NCBI GenBank assembly: GCA_965263355.1
Contig: CBDHHL010000056.1
Span: forward strand, 544,001 to 608,000
Origin: Leptolyngbyaceae cyanobacterium
GTDB taxonomy: Bacteria > Cyanobacteriota > Cyanobacteriia > Phormidesmidales > Phormidesmidaceae
Reading direction: 5' to 3'
DNA: 64,000 nucleotides
Below are positions 40,851 to 51,904 of this stretch, in pieces (positions within the stretch are counted from its first letter, which is position 1; every line of letters begins with the position of its first letter). The notes beneath the pieces are model-generated. The model was not told the DNA's origin and searched no databases. It saw nothing but the letters and a program-made list of their open reading frames with translations. The position numbers and the translations under genes are program-made.

Positions 40851-41085
40851 CACCCAAGACAGCATTCATCAAGTATTACGCCGTTTGGAGCAATTTAAGC
40901 AAGCTCCCCCACTATGCCAACTATCGCCTCTATGGTGCAGTGGCCGCCATCGAGATTGATAAAGATGTTGACACCTATGCCTATAACCAAGGACTCTTTG
41001 TCATTCAGTAATCTGGAGACAGTGTCACCAAAGGACTCTTTGTCATTCAGTAATCTGGAGACAGTGTCACCATTAGTAACAAACC
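40850..41085 (+). pseudogene. C-terminal remnant of a DUF3782-like / PD-(D/E)XK-like protein
   Basis: YRLYGAVAAIEIDKDVDTYAYNQGLFVIQ*SGDSV with internal stop and tandem duplication. Confidence 0.55.
40989..41072. repeat. Perfect 42-bp tandem duplication
   Basis: AAGGACTCTTTGTCATTCAGTAATCTGGAGACAGTGTCACCA twice. Confidence 0.95.
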
Positions 41086-42079
41086 TGACTTTACTCCTTG
41101 CACTTGGTGAATCGTACTATTGCCTATGGCTGTTGGCGTAATCTGCAAGTATGGAAGATGCTGAGTACATCACAGGGCCAGTCATCCAAGTTCCTGTCAG
41201 TAGACGGGGTTCGCGAGACTAAGTAGTTACGAATATAGTTCGAAGAACATCAACAAGTACTTGAACACTTCATAGACTTATGTATTCTGCAAACTTTTTG
41301 GCTGGTTACTATCTATTTCTTGAGTTTTGCGGGTAATTAATCATACTCTGAGAAACAATATGGGGTGATTTGATACTTCACAGTTTTCATACGTAAATAC
41401 TGTTGAACTTCATTAAAGCGACTTTTTATACAGTTGCTTGTGGTGGTCAGAGTTGGCGATATTGCATCAGTGATAGTCTATTTCAAGCTTGCAGAGACTT
41501 AATCCTGTTTGGTGCTCTACATACTGCTCTACACAAACAGTGTGCATTTGTCTTGGATAGACTAGTGTTTCAACCTAAACCACGTCCAAGTTGAAACCGG
41601 GAGGTTCCTCTACGGTAAAATTACCGTTCTAGACGTGGAAAAGGTTTAATACTTCAAATGTTTTCAACATAAGTAAAATTAGGTGGATAACAAAAGCCGA
41701 CCGTAACTTAGGATACACTTAGGGCAATCTTTAAATGCTGGGCCTTATTTCTTAATAAGAGAGAAAAGTTGTTATAGATTTAAAGTTTTGGCCTTAAATT
41801 GTCCTGATAGTTGAATTTCATAGGCTTCCTATGGGTTTAGCCTATGAAATTGACGTTAAAGATAATACAGATTATTTTTTTGTTGCTTCTATGGGTTAAA
41901 TCTGTTCCAAGCCCTTAGGATCTGGAGAGGATAACCGTTTTAAGCGGAACGTTTTTGCATAGATAGGAGTCAGGAAACAGGTGGACGTAAGGCTCTGGAA
42001 CTGATTCCTGATTCTCCAACTAACCAAGATTTTCAAACTTATGTTACTTCCCCTTGAATAGCATGAGATTCGATATCTG

Positions 42080-43333
42080 ATGGCTAATAGGGATCGCTTA
42101 CTTCACTCTAAATGTACTAAATATGTCCGAGGCTTGTATTTGCCATTATCAGTAGTTATGCAAAACGGATATTTCCCAGGCAACTTGAACAAGTTTATGT
42201 TGACCCTAACAGTCCTAATGTTAGGTCATGGTGTTCATTGCAATCCTGTTAGGGCTCAGTCTACTCCAACAGATAGGGAGTCTTTTCAGTCTCCACCTGT
42301 TGAACCGAGGTTGCCAGAATTACCTGCATCAACTGATACTAATTTCTGGGTAGGAGATACCTATATCCTCGGGGTTGGAGACTATTTACAGGTAGATGTC
42401 TTTAATATTCCTGATTATAGTGGTGAATTTCGAGTATTGTCCGGTGGTACTCTGAATATTCCAGTGGTGGGGCTGGTTGCGGTAGAAGGGCTATCGTTAC
42501 AACAGGCTGCAACCCTGATCGAAAAAAGCCTTGAACCCTATGTTAGACGCCCGAATGTTACCCTCAGTGTCTTGGGCAGTCGTCCGATTCAGATTGCGAT
42601 CGCAGGCGAAGTCCATCGACCAGGCACCTATCGCGTGACAGCGGGTGATAACTCAAGTGGCGCATCGGCAACTATACCAACCTTAACCCAAGCCATTGAG
42701 CTAGCCGATGGTATCACCCAGTTAGCAGACATTCGCCAAATTGAGATAAAGCGTCGTCTGCCAGCAGTATCAAATGTCACACAGTCAAGGAATGCATTAT
42801 TAAGTGATGCAGGTCGCAAGCAAGCCCAATTTCAAACCATTTCAGTCAACCTCTGGGACCTGCTAAAAGAAGGTAACCTAAGCGAAGATTTAGCATTGCA
42901 AGATGGCGATCGCATCATCATTCCTACGGCAGACACATTGAGTTACGATGAAGCTACCGAATTAGCCACTGCAAGCTTTTCCCCCGATCAGATTTCAATC
43001 AATGTTGTGGGTGAAGTGGGCTCTCCTGGCAATATTAATGTTCCCCCCAATATCCCCCTTAACCAAGCCATCTTAGCGGCAGGTGGCTTCAACGATCGGG
43101 CGCAAACAGGTACCGTTAGTTTAGTTCGCTTAAACCCCGATGGGACTGCATCTCAAAGAGACATTGAAGTTGACTTTACCCAGGGAATTAATGAAGATCT
43201 CAATCCATCGTTACGGCCCAACGATACCGTTATTGTTCGACGGTCTGGTTTAACCCGTGCAAGTGACACCGTTAGGACTATATTTGCCCCCTTCAACTTG
43301 GGTCTTAACATTCTTCGACTGTTTGGCCTGTAG
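42080..43333 (+). CDS. wza: Polysaccharide export protein (Wza/KpsD family, SLBB domains)
   Basis: YILGVGD.LQVDVF, GEVHRPG, LQDGDRIIIP, GEVGSPG...AILAAGG; true start may be a downstream ATG (42158 or 42197). Confidence 0.9.
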   Translation: MANRDRLLHSKCTKYVRGLYLPLSVVMQNGYFPGNLNKFMLTLTVLMLGHGVHCNPVRAQSTPTDRESFQSPPVEPRLPELPASTDTNFWVGDTYILGVGDYLQVDVFNIPDYSGEFRVLSGGTLNIPVVGLVAVEGLSLQQAATLIEKSLEPYVRRPNVTLSVLGSRPIQIAIAGEVHRPGTYRVTAGDNSSGASATIPTLTQAIELADGITQLADIRQIEIKRRLPAVSNVTQSRNALLSDAGRKQAQFQTISVNLWDLLKEGNLSEDLALQDGDRIIIPTADTLSYDEATELATASFSPDQISINVVGEVGSPGNINVPPNIPLNQAILAAGGFNDRAQTGTVSLVRLNPDGTASQRDIEVDFTQGINEDLNPSLRPNDTVIVRRSGLTRASDTVRTIFAPFNLGLNILRLFGL

Positions 43334-43403
43334 GCAGACTAGTTTCATCATCTCATTCGATTTTTAGTTGGTTTATTAGTATTTGATCATCTCTTTTGAA
43401 GAT

Positions 43404-44579
43404 ATGAAAGTTGCTCTAGTCCATGATTATCTTACCCAGAGAGGTGGTGCCGAACGGGTATTTGAACTTCTTTGTAGACGGTTTCCTGACGCTGACATTT
43501 ACACGTCACTGTACAGCCCACAGGACACCATCGATGTTGGCAATCGGCAGGTCAATACAACGATGCTGCAGTCAATTCCAGGGGCAAGCAAAAAATTTAG
43601 GCTGTTTGCACCATTATATTTCTCGGCATTTGAAGCATTAGATCTGCAACAGTATGACTTAATCATTAGCAGCACAACAAGTTTTGCTAAATCGGTTGTA
43701 AAACGTCCTGATGCCTACCATGTCTGTTTTTGTCACAATATAACCCGCTTTCTTTGGGATACCCGCACCTATATCGATCAATACAAAGACTACAGACTAT
43801 TAATGCCAATTATTCAGCCTATTTTTCAGAAGCTGAAACAATTTGACTTAGTTCATGCCCAGAAGCCAGATTTATACATTTCTAATTCAACCATCGTAGC
43901 TCAGCGTATTCAGCAGGTATACAAACAACCAGCAACTACGGTTAATTATCCTATCGATATCGAAAAGTTTGTTTTTTCAGATAAAAAAGATGATTTTTAT
44001 CTGATTTCGTCTCGTCTACTTGGCTATAAGCGAATAGATATTGCTATCGAAGCATTTAATTGGCTAGGGTGGCCGCTGATCATTACGGGAGATGGTCCAG
44101 AAAGAAAACGACTGGAAGCCATAGCCCTGCCAAATATCACATTTCTGGGCCATGTAAGTGACGATAAACGCAAATATCTAATGTCGCGAGCAAAAGCTGT
44201 CATTGTATCTGCCCTAGAAGATTATGGGCTGGTGCCCATTGAGGCCAATGTTAGCGGAACTCCTGTTATTTCCTACGGGGCTGGTGGTGTTTTAGACACT
44301 CAAATTCCTGGTAAAACAGGTGTCTTTTTTTACCGTCAATCTCCAGAAGCATTGCTTAAAGCACTGTGTGAAGCCAACACCATCCAATGGGACTATAAAC
44401 AAATCCGGGACCACGTCCTCAAGAATTTCACAGAGGATGTTTTCTTTGAAAGAGTTATTAAAGTCATCCAGGATTCTTTGAATAAGCGTTCTCTAGGTAA
44501 AGATAGTCCTTTACCATATGAAATATCTAAGCTGAATAAGTTGAGCCTAATAATTGATAAGGACACAAAAGTATGTTGA
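43404..44579 (+). CDS. Glycosyltransferase family 4
   Basis: MKVALVHDYLTQRGGAERV, YKRID, EDYGLVPIEA; ATG at 43404. Confidence 0.92.
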   Translation: MKVALVHDYLTQRGGAERVFELLCRRFPDADIYTSLYSPQDTIDVGNRQVNTTMLQSIPGASKKFRLFAPLYFSAFEALDLQQYDLIISSTTSFAKSVVKRPDAYHVCFCHNITRFLWDTRTYIDQYKDYRLLMPIIQPIFQKLKQFDLVHAQKPDLYISNSTIVAQRIQQVYKQPATTVNYPIDIEKFVFSDKKDDFYLISSRLLGYKRIDIAIEAFNWLGWPLIITGDGPERKRLEAIALPNITFLGHVSDDKRKYLMSRAKAVIVSALEDYGLVPIEANVSGTPVISYGAGGVLDTQIPGKTGVFFYRQSPEALLKALCEANTIQWDYKQIRDHVLKNFTEDVFFERVIKVIQDSLNKRSLGKDSPLPYEISKLNKLSLIIDKDTKVC

Positions 44580-46870
44580 CAAGCCCAATGTCTATCACTA
44601 CAAATGAACCGGAATTTGGGTATGGACAGCTTTTGAATGTCCTGTTGCGACGTTTTATCTGGGTTGGAGGTTCCATTACAGTAGCAGTAGTTATTGCCAT
44701 TGTCTCAACCTTAAAAGAAGAGCCCATCTATGAAAGCTCCATACGGCTGTTGGTTGAGCCCAATTATCAAGAAGAGATTGATATCACTAAACAGGACGTA
44801 GAGCTACCATCCAAGTCTCAAACAGATTATGCTACGCAACTCAATCTGATGCGCAGCGAAGCCTTTATTAAAGAGACCATTGAAAGAATGCTGGCCAGGC
44901 AGCCTCAAACTTGCGATAAGTCAGCCGACCAATCTAGCTGTATCAAGAAGTTCCAAAGCCAGTTAAAACTGTCCCAAGTTGTTGAGGCTAAAACAGTAAC
45001 CAAAATTTTTGAAGCAAAATTCAGTGACAAAGATCCACGTATTGTACAAGATTTCCTAGAAACCCTTGGCTATGTCTATTTAGACTACAATAAAGAACAG
45101 CAGGAAGAACGCCTGGAAAAGGGACTATCCTTGGTGAATCGACAAATTAACGAGGTCGAATCAAGCTTGTCTCAATCCCGTCAAGCATTAAGACAATTTC
45201 GCGAAATAGAAAATCTGATTGACCCAGAACAGGAAGCCCCTACCGTCGCAGACGCGTTAAGGCAAGCTGAGCAAACTAAGATAGACGTTGATATTCAGTT
45301 ACTTGAAACTCAAGCCCAATACGCTGCCTTGCAAGATAAGCTTTTAATCGATTCTCAAACAGCCTTAGTTTCGTCGCGACTGAGTCAATCTTCCCGCTAT
45401 CAGCAACTCTTAAATAAAATACAAGAAACAGAACTGGCCTTAGAACAGCGGTTAGCCCTTTATGCTGAAGCAGATCCAGGGGTACAAGATCTCATCAGCC
45501 AGAGGCAAAGACAGATAAGTCTCCTGCAGCAGGAAGCCGAACGAGTCCTTGGGCAGGTTCCGACTCAGTTTGATTTAAACGAACAGACGTTATTGACCGA
45601 AGGGCAACTGAGTGGAATTGATCTAGATCTAATCGAGGAGCTTGTAAACACCGAAGTAAGCTTAAAAAGCTTAGCTGCACGTCAGTCAAGCCTGGCAGTG
45701 GTTACTCAGATGTTACAGACTAGGCTGAATAATTTCCCAGCCTTAATTTCAGAGTATAACCGTATTCAACCTGAAGTAGGCATCCAGGAAGAATCTCTAG
45801 TCAAACTACTGCAGCTGCGCCAAGAACTTAGCAATGAGATCGCCCAAGCAGGCTTCAGTTGGGATATTGTCGAACCCCCTAAAGCCGGTAGAGAAATTGC
45901 TACGCCACCCCTACAAAATATTCTATTAGGAATTGTTGCAGGATTCTTTGTGGGTAGTGCTTTAGCCTTTACTCGAGAGGCTATGGATAAAAGTGTACGT
46001 ACTTCTGATCAGCTCAAGAAACAGTCGACGTTGCCTTTATTGGGGATTATCCCAGAAATACCTAGGAAAACTTGGGATAGCTTACCGGTGATCAATGGTG
46101 CTACTCCGTTTCCCACTAAAGTATTTTCCCTCAGTCAATATCAACCTTTCCGAGATGCGCTCGATTTAATTTACAAAACCATTCAGCTCAAAAATGCTCA
46201 GCCATTAAAGTCGCTAATGGTGACCTCGGCTAAAGCAGAGGAAGGTAAGACTACATTATCGATTGGGTTGGCCTTGAGTGCGGCGCGATCGCACCTACGC
46301 GTATTACTTGTTGACGGTAATTTGCGTAACCCATCATTACATCAATATTTTGGCTTATCCAATGAAGAAGGGATATCAACACAGTTCCCGATAGATCCCT
46401 CGCAATTAGACCATATTGATATCTCTCCTATACCAGTCAACATTGCAGGCACCAAGATTTCCGTTTTACCCGTAGGTCCTACCCCTGGCGATCCGATAAT
46501 GTTCCTCAGCTCTCTCCATATGCGTTCTTTTTTAGAAAGAGCTGAATCAGATTATGATCTGGTCATTGTAGACGCACCTGCTATTTTAGGTCTGGCCGAC
46601 GGTCTCCAGCTCGCGTCGTTGTGTCAAGCATCCGTGATGGTCAGTCGGCTAGATCATACGACCCAAAGTGATTTAACCCAGGCAGTAACAATCCTCAGTC
46701 AAATAAATACAATTGGTATTATTGCTAACGGATATCAAGAAAGCAACTATCAAGATCCGCCTTACACGTTAAATGGGTCTAGGAAAGTGTCTAAAAAAGA
46801 ACCCGCACTTTGGCAACAGTTCCGAGCGCTCATAATAGCTCAAGTCCTAGCTTTTGACAAAAGATTTTGA
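44573..46870 (+). CDS. wzc: Polysaccharide co-polymerase / BY-kinase (Wzc/GumC family)
   Basis: Two TM helices around a coiled-coil region, Walker A TSAKAEEGKTT, VLLVDGNLRNP, YDLVIVDAP. Confidence 0.92.
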   Translation: MLTSPMSITTNEPEFGYGQLLNVLLRRFIWVGGSITVAVVIAIVSTLKEEPIYESSIRLLVEPNYQEEIDITKQDVELPSKSQTDYATQLNLMRSEAFIKETIERMLARQPQTCDKSADQSSCIKKFQSQLKLSQVVEAKTVTKIFEAKFSDKDPRIVQDFLETLGYVYLDYNKEQQEERLEKGLSLVNRQINEVESSLSQSRQALRQFREIENLIDPEQEAPTVADALRQAEQTKIDVDIQLLETQAQYAALQDKLLIDSQTALVSSRLSQSSRYQQLLNKIQETELALEQRLALYAEADPGVQDLISQRQRQISLLQQEAERVLGQVPTQFDLNEQTLLTEGQLSGIDLDLIEELVNTEVSLKSLAARQSSLAVVTQMLQTRLNNFPALISEYNRIQPEVGIQEESLVKLLQLRQELSNEIAQAGFSWDIVEPPKAGREIATPPLQNILLGIVAGFFVGSALAFTREAMDKSVRTSDQLKKQSTLPLLGIIPEIPRKTWDSLPVINGATPFPTKVFSLSQYQPFRDALDLIYKTIQLKNAQPLKSLMVTSAKAEEGKTTLSIGLALSAARSHLRVLLVDGNLRNPSLHQYFGLSNEEGISTQFPIDPSQLDHIDISPIPVNIAGTKISVLPVGPTPGDPIMFLSSLHMRSFLERAESDYDLVIVDAPAILGLADGLQLASLCQASVMVSRLDHTTQSDLTQAVTILSQINTIGIIANGYQESNYQDPPYTLNGSRKVSKKEPALWQQFRALIIAQVLAFDKRF

Positions 46871-47014
46871 CTAAACTAGCGAACTTCACGTAGTTATGCA
46901 AAATCTGCTCTATACGTAATTTTATATAGGCTATTACTTAAAACTATTGATTTTACCTAAACAAAAATCGTAACCTGAATAGAATGATGGCAACATGCAG
47001 CGCTAGATAAGTCT

Positions 47015-47947
47015 ATGAAAACTTCTACTATCTTACTCAATACCCCTGTAGTATACCGATTAACACCAGATAGTGTTGACACGCCTGCTTTCGAGAATAG
47101 CAGTTTAACTTGGAATGAGGATTCGCTACTGATTACCTCTATCTCTCACAATACAGATGTAAAAATACCTGCCTTAAGAAATAAAGCATGGTTACAAAAC
47201 TGTCTAAAATGTTCTCCCATACGCAAGGTCTATCTTGATCCAGCAATGGAGGAATCTATGATCAAATCATGGATAGACATCTGTCATACGACACAAAAGG
47301 AAGTCTACCTAAAATTGTCGTCTGATGTTGCGCTCCCCCAAGACCGGTACCCAGACATTTGGAAAATAAAGCGCTTGGTCGATTGGTTAATGGCTGCTTT
47401 ATTGTTAGTTATATTCAGCTTACCCATATTGCTATTGGCACTTTGCATTCGGATTGATTCCCATGGTCCTATTTTTTTCCAACAGTGGCGAGTCGGTTAT
47501 AGAGGCAAACTATTTCGAATGTATAAGTTTCGCAGTATGGAGGCAGATGCAGAAATGCGACACCACGAGGTGAAGCAAGACAACCCAGGGTTACATAAAC
47601 CAGACCATGATCCACGGATCACACGGGTAGGATATTGGTTACGACAACTGAGTTTGGATGAGATCCCACAACTTTTCAATGTGCTCAGGGGAGAAATGAG
47701 TTTGGTAGGCCCTAGACCTTGGGCGCTATATGATGCAATACAGATTGAATCAGCATTGCTAGAACGATTAAATGCTCTGCCAGGGATAACAGGACCGTGG
47801 CAAGTCTCTGTTCGTCCCAATGAATTAGACTTGTATGCTGTTACCTGTCGCGATTTGTCCTATCTACAATGTTGGGATCTACTCAAAGATCTACGTATTC
47901 TGTTATTAACAATTCCTAAAGTATTATTTGGCATTGGAGCACAGTAG
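47015..47947 (+). CDS. hepC: Initiating sugar-phosphate transferase (HepC/WcaJ-like)
   Basis: KRLVD, KFRSM, DPRITRVG, LDEIPQLFNVLRGEMSLVGPRP, PGITG; cyanobacterial N-terminal extension. Confidence 0.85.
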   Translation: MKTSTILLNTPVVYRLTPDSVDTPAFENSSLTWNEDSLLITSISHNTDVKIPALRNKAWLQNCLKCSPIRKVYLDPAMEESMIKSWIDICHTTQKEVYLKLSSDVALPQDRYPDIWKIKRLVDWLMAALLLVIFSLPILLLALCIRIDSHGPIFFQQWRVGYRGKLFRMYKFRSMEADAEMRHHEVKQDNPGLHKPDHDPRITRVGYWLRQLSLDEIPQLFNVLRGEMSLVGPRPWALYDAIQIESALLERLNALPGITGPWQVSVRPNELDLYAVTCRDLSYLQCWDLLKDLRILLLTIPKVLFGIGAQ

Positions 47948-48059
47948 CAATCAATACAACGGTATAACACTATAGTTGCGACCTACGGACAGGGTGCATT
48001 TACAGTATGGAGTTTATTTTTCAAAGTGATATCACATAGCTAATAGACCGAAAAGTCCT

Positions 48060-49907
48060 ATGAAACGTGGATTTTATAAGCCACTTTACCGCCTCATTAA
48101 AGCGACTCAGTTCTGGCAGGACAATGCGCTCATTCTACGAGAGTTTAGTCACTTTCGCTATATTGTCATTCTGGCCCTATTAGCTCCCTTATTTGCAGCT
48201 GTTTTTGAAGGGTTTAGCTTAAGCTTTCTACTCGTTTTCTTGCAAAACTTGGTTAACTCAGCTGAGCCATTTCAGACAGGATGGACCTGGTTTGATATTT
48301 GGGTCCTGGGTGTTGAGCAATCTGACTTTAGTCAATTGTGTCGAGTCTCTGGGCTGATCTTAATTTCAATCTGGCTACGGGCACTGTGCAACTACCTGGC
48401 CCAATGCTCTATGCGCTTAACCCAGGTTAGACTCACCGACCGCTTATACAAGCAGGTGTTTGAGCAGCTGCAAGCCTTGAGTCTTAAGTTTTACAGTCAG
48501 GTACGCGGTGGCGAAATTATCAATACCCTAACCACTGAAGTTGGTCAGCTACAGCAGGCAATTGGTGCTTATAGCTTTTTATTTGCCAAGGGATCAACGT
48601 TAATTATCTATGCTGTGGTAGCTCTCAGCATTTCCTGGCAATTGACCCTTACAACCTTGCTGCTATTTGCCCTTATGGCAGCAGCCCTGTCTAATCTCAA
48701 CAAACGTATTCGAGAAGCGAGTTTCCTTGTTCCTCAAGCTCGGGGCAACTTTACTGCGTTGGCTGGGGAATTTGTGAATGGTATTCGTACAATCCAAGCA
48801 TTTGCCACTCAGGATTTTGAACGGCAGCGCTTTTATCAGGCAAGCGAGAACATTGTTTCAGCTACTACAACAGTTGTTCAACGGGCCGCCTTAAATCGTC
48901 CTCTTGCAGAAGGGTTAGCGTCAACAATATTAATTGGCATCATTATTGCCGCCATGGGTATTTTTGTGGCCAATGGTTCACTCGAAGTTTCATCATTGCT
49001 TACGTTCCTGTTTGTACTATTCCGGTTAGTTCCCGCCACCCAGAGTATCAGTGGCAGTATTGCCGATCTGAACCGTTTCCAGGGCTCGGTGGAGAATATC
49101 AAGGCTTTATTAGCCACCGAGGACAAACCCTATTTACAAAATGGGTATCGACAGTTTTCAGGACTGCAGCGGGCCATCGAGTTTATTGGTGTTGATTTTG
49201 GCTATGATTCTGATGCCTTGGTACTCAAGAACATTACATTGACAATTGAGAAAGGTACAACTACAGCATTAGTGGGTGCATCTGGAGCTGGCAAAAGTAC
49301 GTTAGCTGATTTGATAGCGAGATTTTATGATGTGAACGCTGGGCAGCTGTTGTTTGACGGCATAAGTTTACGAGAATTTGATTTTAATTCCGTCCGTCGA
49401 CACATGGCTATTGTCAGCCAAAGTACGTTTATCTTTAATGCATCTGTGCGAGACAACATCGCCTATGGTTCTAACAGTGCTACGGATGCTGAAATTTTAG
49501 GAGCTGCAAAACTGGCTAATGCATACGAATTTATTAGAGACTTAGACCAAGGATTTGATACGGTTTTAGGCGATCGAGGGGTCCGTTTATCGGGTGGACA
49601 ATGTCAAAGAATTGCGATCGCCAGGGCATTACTGCGAAATCCAGAGATTCTCATTTTAGATGAGGCAACCAGTGCCCTTGATTCAGTTTCAGAGAAACTT
49701 ATTCAAGAGTCAATCGAAAAATTATCAGTGGGCAGAACAGTTATTGCCATTGCCCATCGTCTGTCTACAATTGCTAATGCAGACAAAATCGTTGTGTTAG
49801 ATAAAGGCCAAATTATTGAGCAAGGTCGATATCAAGAACTTTTAGATAGAAAGAGTCATCTATGGAAATATCATCAAATACAAAATCAACATACACAGCC
49901 AGCCTAA
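48060..49907 (+). CDS. hepA: ABC exporter, fused TMD-NBD (HepA-like)
   Basis: Walker A GASGAGKS, LSGGQ, ILILDEATSALD; N-terminal ATQFWQDNALILREF resembles HepA. Confidence 0.85.
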   Translation: MKRGFYKPLYRLIKATQFWQDNALILREFSHFRYIVILALLAPLFAAVFEGFSLSFLLVFLQNLVNSAEPFQTGWTWFDIWVLGVEQSDFSQLCRVSGLILISIWLRALCNYLAQCSMRLTQVRLTDRLYKQVFEQLQALSLKFYSQVRGGEIINTLTTEVGQLQQAIGAYSFLFAKGSTLIIYAVVALSISWQLTLTTLLLFALMAAALSNLNKRIREASFLVPQARGNFTALAGEFVNGIRTIQAFATQDFERQRFYQASENIVSATTTVVQRAALNRPLAEGLASTILIGIIIAAMGIFVANGSLEVSSLLTFLFVLFRLVPATQSISGSIADLNRFQGSVENIKALLATEDKPYLQNGYRQFSGLQRAIEFIGVDFGYDSDALVLKNITLTIEKGTTTALVGASGAGKSTLADLIARFYDVNAGQLLFDGISLREFDFNSVRRHMAIVSQSTFIFNASVRDNIAYGSNSATDAEILGAAKLANAYEFIRDLDQGFDTVLGDRGVRLSGGQCQRIAIARALLRNPEILILDEATSALDSVSEKLIQESIEKLSVGRTVIAIAHRLSTIANADKIVVLDKGQIIEQGRYQELLDRKSHLWKYHQIQNQHTQPA

Positions 49908-50014
49908 ACATGTAAGTATGCATTGATATTAGCTATTTTGAATAGAGATTATTTCTATAAAAATCAGGCTAATGAGCTACATTTACTTTTTAGTTATTTT
50001 ATCTAATTAATAGT

Positions 50015-50914
50015 ATGAAAAAGCCAGACTTCTTTATCGTAGGGGCACCTAAATGTGGCACTAGTACACTGACCTATAGTTTGCTAGAGCATCCAAAAAT
50101 TTTTATGCCAAAGCCAGCAGAACCACTCTTTTTTTGTCCGGATGTTACTGGCTCAAAGGTCTCTACATTGGAAGACTATTTAAGGTTATTTGAACCTGGC
50201 AACGATAAAGTTTGTGGAGAAAAATCAACACGATACCTATTTTCAGAGATCGCTCCTCAAAAAATATATCAGTTTAATCCTGACGCAAAAATTATTATTA
50301 TTTTACGAGAGCCAGTTTCTTTTATGCATTCCTGGCATAGTGAACTACTAATGTGGTTTGTTGAAGATATTGATGATTTTGAAACTGCCTTAAATATAGA
50401 AACTGATCGTAAAAATGGTAAGAATATACCTAAAACATGTTCAACACCAAGACAATTAAGCTATCGGGAATTTGCACAGTTTAGTTCTCACATTAAACGA
50501 TACTTATCTGTCTTTGATAGAGAAAAAATTCATTTTCTAATCCTGGAAGATCTTCAGGAAAATCCCCTTGATACATTTCGGAGCCTTTTCAATTTTCTGG
50601 GAGTTGATCCTGATTTTGTTCCTACCATGGAAGTTAGGAATAAAAATAAGAAAATTGCAAATATGACATTGCACCGGTTTTTTAGAACTCCACCCAGCTG
50701 GCTTAAAAAAACATCTAATTTATTATTGCCTAATGACTTAGTGCGAAAACGTATTTTAGGCAATCTGATAAAAACAGTTGAAAAGATAAATGTGAGCCGT
50801 AAGCCAAGGGAGAAAATTGATCCTATCTTGCTAAAAAAACTGAAGCAGGAAATGGCTCCAGAAGTTGATCGATTGAGTAAGTTGATCGATCGAGACTTAA
50901 GTATTTGGGCATGA
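50015..50914 (+). CDS. PAPS-dependent sulfotransferase
   Basis: PDFFIVGAPKCGTS, GEKSTRY, KIIIILREPV. Confidence 0.92.
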   Translation: MKKPDFFIVGAPKCGTSTLTYSLLEHPKIFMPKPAEPLFFCPDVTGSKVSTLEDYLRLFEPGNDKVCGEKSTRYLFSEIAPQKIYQFNPDAKIIIILREPVSFMHSWHSELLMWFVEDIDDFETALNIETDRKNGKNIPKTCSTPRQLSYREFAQFSSHIKRYLSVFDREKIHFLILEDLQENPLDTFRSLFNFLGVDPDFVPTMEVRNKNKKIANMTLHRFFRTPPSWLKKTSNLLLPNDLVRKRILGNLIKTVEKINVSRKPREKIDPILLKKLKQEMAPEVDRLSKLIDRDLSIWA

Positions 50915-50950
50915 GCAATCTTATTTTACTTTAAATATTAGGAAATTCGC

Positions 50951-51865
50951 ATGAAATACCCCGATTTTTTTATCGTGGGAGCTCCAAAATGTGGCACCAC
51001 GTCCATGTGTAACTATTTAGATCAACATCCAGATATTTTTATTTCAAAGCCTAAAGAGCTTAACTTTTTTGGTGCGGATTTAACACCGCCCCAAAGAAAA
51101 CTTACCCTTGAAGAGTATTTAAAGTATTTCGAAAATAGTCAAAATAAAATTTGTGGTGAAGGGACACCCTTTTATCTTTTATCTAAAGCGGCTGGTCAGG
51201 AAATTAAGGCTCTGAACCCTAACGCTAAAATTATTATTATGCTACGGGACCCAGTAGCATTAATTTACTCATTACATAGTCAACTGCTTTTTGGTTCTAG
51301 TGAAAATGTAGCTGACTTCAAAAAAGCATTAGAGCTTGAACCTTATCGTAAAAAGGGACAGCATATTCCAGACCGCTGTAATCGTCCCGAGGCACTATTT
51401 TATAGTGATATTGTCCATTTTTCGGACCAGGTCAAAAACTACTGGGAGATATTTGGGAAAGAAAACGTGCACATCATCATTTTTGATGACTTTAAGCAAA
51501 ATATCCCAGAGATATACAAACAAACCCTAGATTTTTTAGGCGTTCAGTCTGATTTTGAAGCAAATTTCCAAGTTCACAATCCCAATACCCAGGTCAAGGC
51601 GGTTTCTATTTATCGCTTTTTACGAAAACCTCCGGCCTGGATATTTAAGCTTGGGCGAGCCATTACGCCTTCATTTTTAGCACCCCTAAGACGAAAAATA
51701 GGTTGGAGCTTTATCAAAAAGTCTCAAAAAATGCTTACGGCAGAGAAACCTCGGCCCAAATTAGATTCTGAATTTGAGCATGATCTCAGAAAGCGATTCT
51801 CTCCAGAGGTAGAAAAGTTAAGTCAATTAATTGATAGAGATCTTTCCCATTGGATGGTTAGCTAA
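50951..51865 (+). CDS. PAPS-dependent sulfotransferase
   Basis: PDFFIVGAPKCGTT, KELNFF, KIIIMLRDPV. Confidence 0.92.
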   Translation: MKYPDFFIVGAPKCGTTSMCNYLDQHPDIFISKPKELNFFGADLTPPQRKLTLEEYLKYFENSQNKICGEGTPFYLLSKAAGQEIKALNPNAKIIIMLRDPVALIYSLHSQLLFGSSENVADFKKALELEPYRKKGQHIPDRCNRPEALFYSDIVHFSDQVKNYWEIFGKENVHIIIFDDFKQNIPEIYKQTLDFLGVQSDFEANFQVHNPNTQVKAVSIYRFLRKPPAWIFKLGRAITPSFLAPLRRKIGWSFIKKSQKMLTAEKPRPKLDSEFEHDLRKRFSPEVEKLSQLIDRDLSHWMVS

Positions 51866-51904
51866 TTGATACCTAAAGTAAACCATACTTAAATTATTCT
51901 TCCT

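Noticed and set aside
40989..41072. 42-bp repeat as a mini CRISPR array
   Set aside because: Copies abut with no spacer and lie in coding-derived sequence
47015..49907. hepC/hepA as evidence of heterocyst formation
   Set aside because: Homologs occur in EPS clusters of non-heterocystous cyanobacteria, and no other heterocyst genes are in the window
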